From an uncultured Opitutales bacterium (GTDB taxonomy: Bacteria; Verrucomicrobiota; Verrucomicrobiia; Opitutales; Intestinicryptomonadaceae), in NCBI GenBank assembly GCA_934660865.1, contig CAKUIA010000007.1, positions 60,001-92,000 on the forward strand: a DNA stretch of 32,000 bases, written 5' to 3'. A program made the position numbers and the translations under genes. Under the pieces are notes generated by a model, which was not told the DNA's origin, searched no databases, and worked only from the letters and a program-made list of their open reading frames with translations. Of this stretch, positions 7,133-15,592 are shown in pieces (position 1 is the stretch's first letter; each line of letters opens with the position of its first letter).

Positions 7133-8500
7133 ATGGATTTAAGCAAGTATATCGCAAAATCGAGAATAATAGAAATTAAAAGCGCCGACTTTGAGGGCGC
7201 TATAAAGGAAATGCTCGATGCCGTGCCAAGCGAGTTTTTAAAACCGCAAAGCACAAAAGAAGGTATACTTAAAGACGTTGTAGCCCGCGAAAAGAATATG
7301 CCCACCTACCTGGGCGGCGGCGTGCTTATGCCGCACGCAAAGGCGCAAATAAAATCCAGCTATGTGTTTGTTGTCGGTATGTGTCCCAACGGAATCAGTT
7401 TCGACACAAACCGCAACGAATATTCGGAAACAAGGCTTATATTTTTGCTTTTGGCAAACGGCGTGCTTAAAAACTACCTTAACACGCTTTCTACAATAGC
7501 AAAGCTTTTCGCCCAGCCCGACGTACACGCCGAAATTTTCGGCAAGACCGACTTTGCGGGCTTTAAGGAAAGCATTTGGAAAATCTTCGGCAAAAAGGGC
7601 AAGTCCGACAACAAATCGGGTTCGGGCGTCGCCAAAATGAGCAGGGTTGCAAAACGCTTTCTTTCGCAGGCAATGCGCATTGCAAAAACCTCGAAATCTA
7701 CCTGCGTTATGCTTTTCGGCGACACATTCCCATCGGGGGTAGACACCGGCGAAATTTTCGGAGGCCTAAAAACCCTTATAGTTACCGAACGCTCGGCGGA
7801 AGACTTCCCCGGCAAAAAGACCGCGACTATTTCGGTTAAGTCGTATTCGGGGCGCAGAATGACGGGCTTTGGCAGCGCCATAATTATGGGGCTTACAAAG
7901 GGGCTTATAGACCGCAACGAAAAGATATGCTGCATTGGCGGCATAAAAGACAGCAAGATTTTCGACACCGTTGTGGTTGTAGACATTGCGCAGGAATTTT
8001 CGAAAATAATGAACCTGCAAAGCAATCTTGTGCCGGCGGGCGTAAAACCCGAAGTTGTAGAAAGGGTTTTGATTATAGCGTCGGATTTGTCGGTTGAAGG
8101 CAGGGAGGGCAAACCCGTCGGCTGCCTTTTTGTTGTAGGCGACGCGAAAAAAATACGCCCATTTACAAAGCAGCTTATACTAAACCCCTTTTACGGCTAC
8201 AAGCCCGAAGAGCGCAACATTTTAAGCCCATTTATGGACGAAACGGTAAAGGAGCTTTCGCTGATAGACGGAGCCGTGATTATAGACGGCTCGGGCGCGA
8301 TAGAAAGCGCGGGAACATTGATACATACGCCCGACTTTAACCTAAAGCTGCCGGGCGGGCTTGGGGCAAGACACGCCGCAGCCTACTCGGTTTCCGTTTC
8401 GGCCGACTGCCTGGCCTTTGTAGTTTCGTCGAGCACGGGCATAATAAGCGTGTTCCGCAACGGACAAATGCTGCCTTTGAACGAGAAAAACCATTCTTAG
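7133..8500 (+). CDS. Three-domain signalling protein: PTS EIIA type-2 (PtsN-like), pyruvate-kinase-C-terminal-like domain, and DAC (diadenylate cyclase, DisA_N-type) domain
   Basis: - aa 1-150: REKNMPTYLGGGVLMPHAK, the EIIA-2 phospho-His loop, with His68 at nt 7334-7336.
- aa ~172-300: alpha/beta region STCVMLFGD...LIVTERSAE...ICCIGGIKDSKIFDTVVVVDI, which resembles PK_C.
- aa ~305-450: GCLFVVGD...IDGAVIIDGSGAIESAG...LGARHAAAYSVSVSADCLAFVVSSSTGIISVFRNGQ, which aligns to the CdaA/DisA DAC core (DGA and RHR motifs). Confidence 0.7.
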   Translation: MDLSKYIAKSRIIEIKSADFEGAIKEMLDAVPSEFLKPQSTKEGILKDVVAREKNMPTYLGGGVLMPHAKAQIKSSYVFVVGMCPNGISFDTNRNEYSETRLIFLLLANGVLKNYLNTLSTIAKLFAQPDVHAEIFGKTDFAGFKESIWKIFGKKGKSDNKSGSGVAKMSRVAKRFLSQAMRIAKTSKSTCVMLFGDTFPSGVDTGEIFGGLKTLIVTERSAEDFPGKKTATISVKSYSGRRMTGFGSAIIMGLTKGLIDRNEKICCIGGIKDSKIFDTVVVVDIAQEFSKIMNLQSNLVPAGVKPEVVERVLIIASDLSVEGREGKPVGCLFVVGDAKKIRPFTKQLILNPFYGYKPEERNILSPFMDETVKELSLIDGAVIIDGSGAIESAGTLIHTPDFNLKLPGGLGARHAAAYSVSVSADCLAFVVSSSTGIISVFRNGQMLPLNEKNHS

Positions 8501-8513
8501 TTTCACCTATTTT

Positions 8514-9911
8514 ATGAAAATTTACTTTATGGGCATTTGCGGCACCGCAATGGGCAACGCCGCGTGTATGATGAAAGAGGCGGGCCACCGGGTTTTCGGC
8601 TCGGACAAAGGCGTTTACGACCCGATGAAAAGCGTTTTGGAAAACGCCAAAATTGAAATCCACGACGGCTTTAGCGTAGACTACCTAAAAAGCGTTTCGC
8701 CCGACCTGGTTGTTGTCGGCAACGCCGTAAGCCGAATGAACGAGGAAGTGGAGTTTTTGCTTAATACGCGCGCCTACGAATTTACAAGTTTGGCCGACCT
8801 TATTTCAAAATACGCAATATCGTCAAGAAAATGCCTTGTTGTAAGCGGCACCCACGGCAAAACCACAACAACCTCCATGGCGGCGGTTTTGCTTAAAAAC
8901 CAGGATGCAAACACGGGCTACCTGATTGGCGGCGTTCCGCAAGACCTCGAAAGCGGCTCTAAACTTGGCGGCAAAGATTCCCCCTTTGTGATAGAAGGCG
9001 ACGAGTACGACACTGCGTTTTTCGACAAGCGCAGCAAGTTTATACACTATAGACCCCGCGTTTTGATAATAAACAACATCGAGTTCGACCACGCCGATAT
9101 TTTCAGGGACTTAACCGACGTAAAACGCACCTTTACCCATGTAAGGCGCATTGTGGCGGGCACGGGCGCTATTGTCGAAAACGCCGACGACGCCAACATT
9201 GCCTCGTTGGAAGACACCCCGTGGACAAAGCGCATAAAAGTGGGCTTTGCCCCCACTGCAGACCTTAAAATTTTAAACTTTGCGCAAAACGAAAACGGCT
9301 CGTCTTTCGACCTGCAAAACGAGTTTAAAACCGTGCACATAAGCTGGAAGCTTTCGGCGGAATACAACGCGCGAAACGCCGCAATGGCCATTGCAGGCAC
9401 CGCCCTGCTTTTGGGCAAAAAACATACTTTGGATTTAGACATAAGCCCCCTGCTGGGCTTTAAGGGCGTAAAACGCAGGCAGGAGGTTTTGTATTCAAGC
9501 GGCAAAGTGGCGGTTGTAGAAGACTTCGGGCACCACCCTACCGCCGTAAAAAACACGATTTTGGCAATGCGCAAAAAATATCCCTTAAGGAAAATTTTTG
9601 CGTGCTTTGAGCCGCGCAGCAACACTTCGCGCACAAACGTTTTTCAGGACGAATTTGCCGACGCTTTAAGTTGCGCCGACCGAATTTTTGTGGGCCAGGT
9701 TAAGAACCTCGAAAAAGTGCCCCAACAAAAGCGCATAGACTTTTTAAAAATGGCGCAAAAATCCTCAAAGCCCTTTGCCCACTACGACGACAACCAAAAA
9801 CTTTTGTCGGACTTAAAAGAGGCGGTAAAAAACGAGCCCTCTTCGTGCGTGATATTCTTTAGCAACGGCTCGTTCGACTCAATCCAGCATTCAAAAGAAA
9901 TTAGAATGTAA
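8514..9911 (+). CDS. mpl: UDP-N-acetylmuramate:L-alanyl-gamma-D-glutamyl-meso-diaminopimelate ligase (murein peptide ligase)
   Basis: 465 aa. N-terminus MKIYFMGICGTAMGNAACMMKEAGHRVFGSD is Mpl-type. Contains the Mur-ligase P-loop GTHGKTTTTSM. Confidence 0.8.
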   Translation: MKIYFMGICGTAMGNAACMMKEAGHRVFGSDKGVYDPMKSVLENAKIEIHDGFSVDYLKSVSPDLVVVGNAVSRMNEEVEFLLNTRAYEFTSLADLISKYAISSRKCLVVSGTHGKTTTTSMAAVLLKNQDANTGYLIGGVPQDLESGSKLGGKDSPFVIEGDEYDTAFFDKRSKFIHYRPRVLIINNIEFDHADIFRDLTDVKRTFTHVRRIVAGTGAIVENADDANIASLEDTPWTKRIKVGFAPTADLKILNFAQNENGSSFDLQNEFKTVHISWKLSAEYNARNAAMAIAGTALLLGKKHTLDLDISPLLGFKGVKRRQEVLYSSGKVAVVEDFGHHPTAVKNTILAMRKKYPLRKIFACFEPRSNTSRTNVFQDEFADALSCADRIFVGQVKNLEKVPQQKRIDFLKMAQKSSKPFAHYDDNQKLLSDLKEAVKNEPSSCVIFFSNGSFDSIQHSKEIRM

Positions 9912-9977
9912 TGGGCAAAAAATAGTTTGTGTGCATATTTTGCCTTTTGTTTAGAATTGGGCAAAAAAATCTTGCTT

Positions 9978-9997
9978 TTGCATAAAATTTTATGCAA
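9978..9997. promoter_or_regulatory. Perfect 20-bp palindrome, putative HicB operator within the hicAB promoter
   Basis: ttgcataaaa|ttttatgcaa is a perfect inverted repeat 17 nt upstream of the hicA ATG. It sits between a TTGCTT (9972-9977) and an AATATT (9996-10001) element. Confidence 0.5.
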
Positions 9998-10013
9998 TAT
10001 TCCGATATACTAA

Positions 10014-10256
10014 ATGGGAAAATTCGAAAAGTTAATAGAAAAGCTTGGCAATTTAAAATCTGACAACGCTTGGACTTTTGAAGACGCCGTCTATCTGCTG
10101 GAAAACTCGAATTTTGAAAAGGTCGGCGGCAAAGGAAGCCATCAAGCGTACCAGTGCGAAGCTTTGCAAAAGACAGTGGTTTTGGCAAAACACGGCAATA
10201 AGATAAAATCGGGATATATAAGAAGCATAAGAAAGGCACTCGACAATGAAAAATGA
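10014..10256 (+). CDS. hicA: HicA-family mRNA interferase toxin
   Basis: 80 aa. GGKGSHQAYQCEALQKTVVLAKHGNKIKSGYIRSIRKAL fits the HicA/YcfA GSH...H core. It overlaps the downstream gene by 11 nt. Confidence 0.75.
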   Translation: MGKFEKLIEKLGNLKSDNAWTFEDAVYLLENSNFEKVGGKGSHQAYQCEALQKTVVLAKHGNKIKSGYIRSIRKALDNEK

Positions 10257-10611
10257 GAATTACGCATTAAGAATTTCCTGGGACGAAAACGAGAATGAAT
10301 ACCTCGCGGAAATACCCGCATTGGAGGGTTGCATTGCCTACGGCAAAACCGAGGAAAAAGCGCTAAAAGAACTGCAAATCGCAAAAGAGCTATGGCTTAA
10401 AGCAAGAAAGTCCGCAAAACTTCCCATTCCCAAGCCCGAAGCAACCGTGGAAAAACTTAGATCATTAAAGCCCATTTTGAATGTTTCCAAAGTTGCGCGA
10501 TACGCAAATATTCCCGAACAAACATTGCTTTCAAAAATCAAGCGCGGCTCGCCCCTGAATGCGAGCGAAAGCAGAAAAATAGGCAAACTTCTGGAAACTA
10601 TAGCCGTATAA
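10246..10611 (+). CDS. hicB: HicB-family antitoxin with a C-terminal DNA-binding-like region
   Basis: 121 aa. YALRISWDENENEYLAEIPALEGCIAYGKTEEKALKELQIAKELWL is a typical HicB N-domain. The C-terminal LNVSKVARYANIPEQTLLSKIKRG is HTH-like. Confidence 0.75.
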   Translation: MKNENYALRISWDENENEYLAEIPALEGCIAYGKTEEKALKELQIAKELWLKARKSAKLPIPKPEATVEKLRSLKPILNVSKVARYANIPEQTLLSKIKRGSPLNASESRKIGKLLETIAV

Positions 10612-10676
10612 CCGTTTTTTTGCCGTTTTAAATACAAGTATAACCCGGCAAAGCTGGTAAATTAACGGAATGTAGC

Positions 10677-11834
10677 CTACAAAAACCTCAGCACCCATTC
10701 GGCGGCGCAGGTGTTGTTTTCGGCAAACAACTGGCGGCGCAGCTGTCGGGCGTTTTCAAACGCGCCGTTTTTGCAATCTGGGTCTTTTAGGCATTTTGTC
10801 AAATAGGCCGCAAGTTTTTTTGGCGAGGCTTGCCCCTGCAAAAATTCGGGCCATGCGGGTTTGTCTAGCACAATGTTGGCAAGGCTTAGGTATTTTACGT
10901 TAACAAGCATTCTGCCTATTATATATGTAAGCGGGTTTGCCACATACACTATCGCCCCGGGTATTCCCGCCAGGCACACCAAAAGCGACATTGTGCCCGA
11001 ACTCATCAAAACCGCGCTCGCCTTAAGCGGGGCTTTGTCGGCCTTTTTAAGCTGTATATTTACATCGCCAAACTTCTGCAAAATTTTGTCGAGCTGCGCC
11101 TTGATTTTTTCGTCGGGGTAAAGGGTTGTAAATTTGGCGTCTTTGCCCATAAGGCGCGCCGCCTTTAGCATTACGGGGTATATCTTTGCTATTGCCGATT
11201 TGCGGCTGCCCGGCAAAAGCAGAATTTCGGAATCGGCGCTGTACGAAATATTAAAGCGGCTTTCGCCCGAAACAAAGGGGTGGCCCACATACTGCACGTC
11301 AAGCGAAGTATCTTCGTAGCATTTCGGCTCGAACGGGAATATAACGCCCAATGAGTCCAGGCAATCGGCCATGACAAACCTGCGTTTTGCCTTCCACGCC
11401 CAAATTTGCGGGCTTATGTAATATAAAAGCCTAACTTGGCCGCCGCCTTTAACAGAAATTTTGCGTTTTTTAAGCTCTTTTGCCAACGCCAAATTAAAGC
11501 CGGGGTAGTCTACAAAACAAACGGCTTTTGGCCTATATTCGGCTATCCACGAAAGCACTTTTTCGAAAAGCCTTTTGAAAAACGAATAGTTTTTTAAAAC
11601 CTCTACAAGGCCCACAACCGAATGCTCGGTTAAGTCGAACAGAAACTGCGAGGGACACTCGTTGCGCAATGCCGCCCCGCCTATTGCGCAAACCTTTTTA
11701 TCGGGGCTTAACGCGCATAGCTGCGCAACCAGCTTTGCCGCATGCTCGTCGCCGGAATGCTCGCCAGCAATAACAAGCAAATCGCACTCGCCCCATTTTG
11801 GGGCGGGCAGCGAAATATCCAAAGCCTTTGCCAT
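10677..11834 (-). CDS. lpxB: Lipid-A-disaccharide synthase
   Basis: 385 aa. N-terminal LLVIAGEHSGDEHAAKLV matches the GExSGD motif of LpxB. The length and GT-B-like layout fit. Confidence 0.85.
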   Translation of the reverse strand: MAKALDISLPAPKWGECDLLVIAGEHSGDEHAAKLVAQLCALSPDKKVCAIGGAALRNECPSQFLFDLTEHSVVGLVEVLKNYSFFKRLFEKVLSWIAEYRPKAVCFVDYPGFNLALAKELKKRKISVKGGGQVRLLYYISPQIWAWKAKRRFVMADCLDSLGVIFPFEPKCYEDTSLDVQYVGHPFVSGESRFNISYSADSEILLLPGSRKSAIAKIYPVMLKAARLMGKDAKFTTLYPDEKIKAQLDKILQKFGDVNIQLKKADKAPLKASAVLMSSGTMSLLVCLAGIPGAIVYVANPLTYIIGRMLVNVKYLSLANIVLDKPAWPEFLQGQASPKKLAAYLTKCLKDPDCKNGAFENARQLRRQLFAENNTCAAEWVLRFL

Positions 11835-11849
11835 ACGCGCAAAATCCCG

Positions 11850-12794
11850 CTAAAACTGCGATTCTATTTGACGCGAAATTTCAAGGGCAACCTCGAGTGC
11901 CCTGCGCCCCAATGCGGCGTCTACCTTCGGGTTTTTGTGCTCGATTACGCAGTTTGCAAAGCTTTGCAGTTCGCGCTTTAGGGGTTCCTGCTTGTCTATG
12001 GGAACTTCCATGCGGGTTATGTTCGAAAGGTTTTCAACCTTCATAAGGTGGCCCGTTTGGTTCATAAAGTCTAGCGACATGTAAGACCCAGGCTGGAATA
12101 TCCTGATTTCCCTAAGTTTTTTTGCGCTTGCGCGGCTGGTGTTTAGGTTTGCAATGCAGCCGTTTGCAAATTTAATGCGCGCGTTTGCAATGTCTTCGGT
12201 TTTGCTAAGCACGCGAACGCCTACTGCCTCTATGCTTTCTATGGGCGATTTTGCCAGCTGCAAAATAATGCCTATGTCGTGAATCATCAAATCCAAAACA
12301 ACGCCGACTTCGGTACCGCGCACGTTAAACGGGGCAAGCCTGTCGGCCGTAATGAACTTGGGCGACTTTACATGCGTTTCCATAAAAGTCATTACTGGGT
12401 TGAAATGCTCAACGTGCCCTACCTGTATAAGCAAATCCTTTTCCTTTGCCTTGGCAATCATCAGGCCCGCGTCTTCGCTTGAAGTGCAAAATGGTTTTTC
12501 GACCAGCAAGTGGCAGCCCAAATCCAAAAGCGGCAGCGCAATTTGCGTATGCAAGTCGGTGGGAACAACAACGCTTACGGCCTCGGCAAGCTCGGCAACC
12601 TCTTCAAGCGAGTTTGCAATTTTGCACGAATATTTGTCGGCAATCGCCTTTGCGCGTTCCGGGTTGGCGTCCATAATCGCAACAAGCTCGGTATTTTCAA
12701 GCTCGGAATAAATCCTTGCGTGGTTCTGCCCCATAGAGCCGCCGCCGATTACGGCGCATTTCAATTTTCTATTGCTTTCCATTGTAGACACCAT
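11850..12794 (-). CDS. Gfo/Idh/MocA-family NAD-dependent oxidoreductase, GnnA-like candidate (UDP-GlcNAc 3-dehydrogenase)
   Basis: 314 aa. Rossmann start KCAVIGGGSMGQNHARIY and the EKP motif (LLVEKPF). It ends 15 nt upstream of lpxB. The family call is solid; the GnnA assignment rests on context only. Confidence 0.6.
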   Translation of the reverse strand: MVSTMESNRKLKCAVIGGGSMGQNHARIYSELENTELVAIMDANPERAKAIADKYSCKIANSLEEVAELAEAVSVVVPTDLHTQIALPLLDLGCHLLVEKPFCTSSEDAGLMIAKAKEKDLLIQVGHVEHFNPVMTFMETHVKSPKFITADRLAPFNVRGTEVGVVLDLMIHDIGIILQLAKSPIESIEAVGVRVLSKTEDIANARIKFANGCIANLNTSRASAKKLREIRIFQPGSYMSLDFMNQTGHLMKVENLSNITRMEVPIDKQEPLKRELQSFANCVIEHKNPKVDAALGRRALEVALEISRQIESQF

Positions 12795-12828
12795 AATGCA
12801 GTTTTCGGCAAAATCTGCAAGATAGATT

Positions 12829-15591
12829 TTAAAGCTTGTCGGCGTCTATTTGCTCGAGAATTGTTCCGTCGCTGTTGAATATGTTTTGCGGCTTTATGCT
12901 TACCGAATATTTAGGGTCTGAAAACGTGTTTGAAACTTTTATTTGTATTGTGCCTATAAGCGGGTTAAACGCCGTAGACGCTATTTTGGAGATAAGAGGC
13001 AGCGTTTCGCCGCCCAGCCATTTAAAATACAGCTTTGCCGAAATTTCGTCGCTAAGGCAGTTGTATTTTGCCTTTCCGCTTATTGTAGACGAAGCGCCGT
13101 TTATTTCCAGTTTTTGGAACGACAACTCGCCGTTTTCCAAATCGGCAACGGTTTGCATATTGTCGTATTTAAATGTCGCAATGGGGAACCTCAGCTTTTC
13201 CAGCGCAACCGAAATGCCGCCCAAAATGTTCAGCTTGGCAAGGTTTTCGTTTTTCAATTCGGCGGTGGCGCGCCCCTTTATGCTTTTAAAGTCGTCCAAA
13301 TAGCCCTGCGCCGTTCCCCTTACGTTTACAAGCCCCTTTTCGGGTGGCTCGTCGTCTTTTTTTTCGGCATTCGCCAAAGCCGCAATAAAGTCTTCGGCGC
13401 GCTGCTGGTCTATGCCGTCTACGTCGAAAGCCGCGTTAAAATACCTGCGCTTGCCCTCTTTTTTAAGCGAAAATGCCCCCAAATTTATTTTGCCCGCGCA
13501 AAAAACGCCTCCTACGTTTTTTATGTCGAAATCCTCGTCTAAACCCGACCCAAAACCGCGTATGCTGTCGAACGGGAAGCCCCCTATGTCTATAAATTCG
13601 GGAATGTCGAATTTAAACGCAATTTTTTGCTTTGCGTCTTTTTCGCGCTCCAAGTTTGCGCAGCGCAAGTCCAAATCCACATTCGCATAGCCCGAAAAGC
13701 GCAACACGTCTTTTAGCTCTTCAACATCTTCGCCGCCCAGGGCAAACAGCGCGCCGCTTTTCATGTTGGCATTGGCAACAACCCTGCGCTCGTAATACTT
13801 GTCCAAGCCCCTGTTTGGGTCGTATGTCCAGCACAAGGCGGCTTTTGCAAAGCCCTTGTCGGTGTCCGAAATATCGACATCGTATATCGAAATAACAGAC
13901 GGGTCTACATTTATCTTAAGCGATACGCCGCCGAAAAGGTGGTTGTTGTATACGACGTCTTGCCCCTTTACCGACACAAAGCACCATATAAAATCGGGGT
14001 CGCCCCAGCGGCTTTTTATGTAGGCGTTTGCATACGGAAACCCTTTTTTAAATTCAAATTCGCCCATAATGCGGCGCCACCAGTCCTCCATAAAATGGCT
14101 TATTGCTGTGGGCCTTATAGTGCCGTCTATGTAGAATTCGTAGTCGAGATTTTTTAGGTTTTGGTAGACACTACCTTCCACCTGCCAGCCTTCGGGCGAG
14201 GCCACAAAAATATTGTCTGCATACAAAGCAAAGCTTTGCGAATCGAAACTTATGTCGGCGCACGCCTCGGTTGAGGGAATTTTATAGAACACGCAATCTT
14301 TGCCCGCAAACTTTGCCGACACAAAAAACTGCCTGTTTTCGATGTTAAAATCGGCACTGCCCGCCAAATACACCCCTTCGGGGAAGTCGAAATCGTTAAG
14401 TTCCTCTATTTTCGGCACAAAATTAAAGTTTGTTGCAAACAGCGGGTTTTCGAATGTGCAAAATTTGGCGCTAACATTCGAGCCGCTTCTGTTTGCAACA
14501 AGCTTGGCAAAAAAGTCGCCCCTTCTTTTTACGTATATATCCGCCATTGTGGGCATATGGTCGGCAAGCGAAAGCTTGTCGGCAAAAATGTCGGCATAGG
14601 CAAATTTTTGCCCGTCAAACAAAATGTCCACCGCCGAAACTTCGGCGTTAAACAGCGCCTTGTTTTCGAAATCAACCAAGGCAAAAGCGTCTAAATTCTT
14701 AAGCCGGCTTTTGCCGAAAATGTCGGCCTTGCCCGCTTCAAGCATAACCTTTGCCGTTTTCCTGCTTATGTTCGACTTCGACATTTCGGCCGCAACTACA
14801 ATGTTTTCGAAGGAAACGTCGCCCATATTTTCGACCGGAACGACAACCGAATTTGCGCCGTATACAAGCTTTAAAAAGTCAAGCCCCTCGCTTGTTGCGT
14901 CGAAATTTACAACCAGCGCCGAATTGCCGAACCTGTCGGCATACTCGCGGCCGCTCTCCAAAAATTTGCAGAAAGCGTTCCACATTTGCGGCGGAGTTTT
15001 TGCGGAATCTTTTTGCGCCGTTTCGTGCCCGCTCTTTTGCCGCTGCGCGAAAATCCTTTCGCTGAAAGTGCCCGAAGCCCTGATTGCAACCCTGCCAAAG
15101 TGCGCCCTAAGCTTTTCCAATTTCCACCAAATGCCGCTGTTCGAAAGCGCAAAGCTCGTCTTTTCCAGCAGCCAGCCCCTTTCGGAACCCTCGCTGGAAT
15201 TTACCTTGGCGTTTTCAACATAAATTTTGCTTACAAGAAAATCGCCCCTTAACAGCGCAAAAACGGAAATGTCTACTACCACCTTGTCGGCGTTTAAAAA
15301 TTCGGCCGAAGTGCCCGCAAACCTAAGCGACAAGCCTTTTATTTCAACTTGTCCCCTTGCATTAAGCCTTATGTCCTTTTCGGCGGCTACAACCCCGTTC
15401 TTCGACAAGTGCGAATGTAGCAGCTCTACAAACGATTCGTTTACCCCAAACGAAAGCGAATAGGCAAGCGCCACCAACAGCGCGCTTTCGGCCAGCAACG
15501 CCGCAAACAGGAAGACGTTGAACGCGTAAAGAGCCGTCCGCAAAGCCTTTTTTGCGGCTTTGCCTAAAGCGTTGTCGTTTGATACTTTCAC
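12829..15591 (-). CDS. AsmA/TamB-like large envelope protein (N-terminal membrane anchor plus a long beta-rich region)
   Basis: - One TM helix: LYAFNVFLFAALLAESALLVALAYSL.
- AsmA-like N-terminal pattern: VEIKGLSLRF...LNADKVVVDISVFALLRGDFLVSKIYVENAKVN.
- AsmA_2-like C-terminus: GELSFQKLEINGASSTISGKAKY...IGTIQIKVSNTFSDPKYS.
- There is no in-frame ATG in the first 231 codons. I chose the GTG at 15591, 1 nt after the DUF4340 stop. The alternative is the TTG at 15678. Confidence 0.5.
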   Translation of the reverse strand: MKVSNDNALGKAAKKALRTALYAFNVFLFAALLAESALLVALAYSLSFGVNESFVELLHSHLSKNGVVAAEKDIRLNARGQVEIKGLSLRFAGTSAEFLNADKVVVDISVFALLRGDFLVSKIYVENAKVNSSEGSERGWLLEKTSFALSNSGIWWKLEKLRAHFGRVAIRASGTFSERIFAQRQKSGHETAQKDSAKTPPQMWNAFCKFLESGREYADRFGNSALVVNFDATSEGLDFLKLVYGANSVVVPVENMGDVSFENIVVAAEMSKSNISRKTAKVMLEAGKADIFGKSRLKNLDAFALVDFENKALFNAEVSAVDILFDGQKFAYADIFADKLSLADHMPTMADIYVKRRGDFFAKLVANRSGSNVSAKFCTFENPLFATNFNFVPKIEELNDFDFPEGVYLAGSADFNIENRQFFVSAKFAGKDCVFYKIPSTEACADISFDSQSFALYADNIFVASPEGWQVEGSVYQNLKNLDYEFYIDGTIRPTAISHFMEDWWRRIMGEFEFKKGFPYANAYIKSRWGDPDFIWCFVSVKGQDVVYNNHLFGGVSLKINVDPSVISIYDVDISDTDKGFAKAALCWTYDPNRGLDKYYERRVVANANMKSGALFALGGEDVEELKDVLRFSGYANVDLDLRCANLEREKDAKQKIAFKFDIPEFIDIGGFPFDSIRGFGSGLDEDFDIKNVGGVFCAGKINLGAFSLKKEGKRRYFNAAFDVDGIDQQRAEDFIAALANAEKKDDEPPEKGLVNVRGTAQGYLDDFKSIKGRATAELKNENLAKLNILGGISVALEKLRFPIATFKYDNMQTVADLENGELSFQKLEINGASSTISGKAKYNCLSDEISAKLYFKWLGGETLPLISKIASTAFNPLIGTIQIKVSNTFSDPKYSVSIKPQNIFNSDGTILEQIDADKL

Positions 15592-15592
15592 C

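Noticed and set aside
7474-8112. 212-aa minus-strand ORF inside the EIIA-PK_C-DAC gene
   Set aside because: It is a shadow frame. The plus-strand product shows three recognisable domains across the same region.
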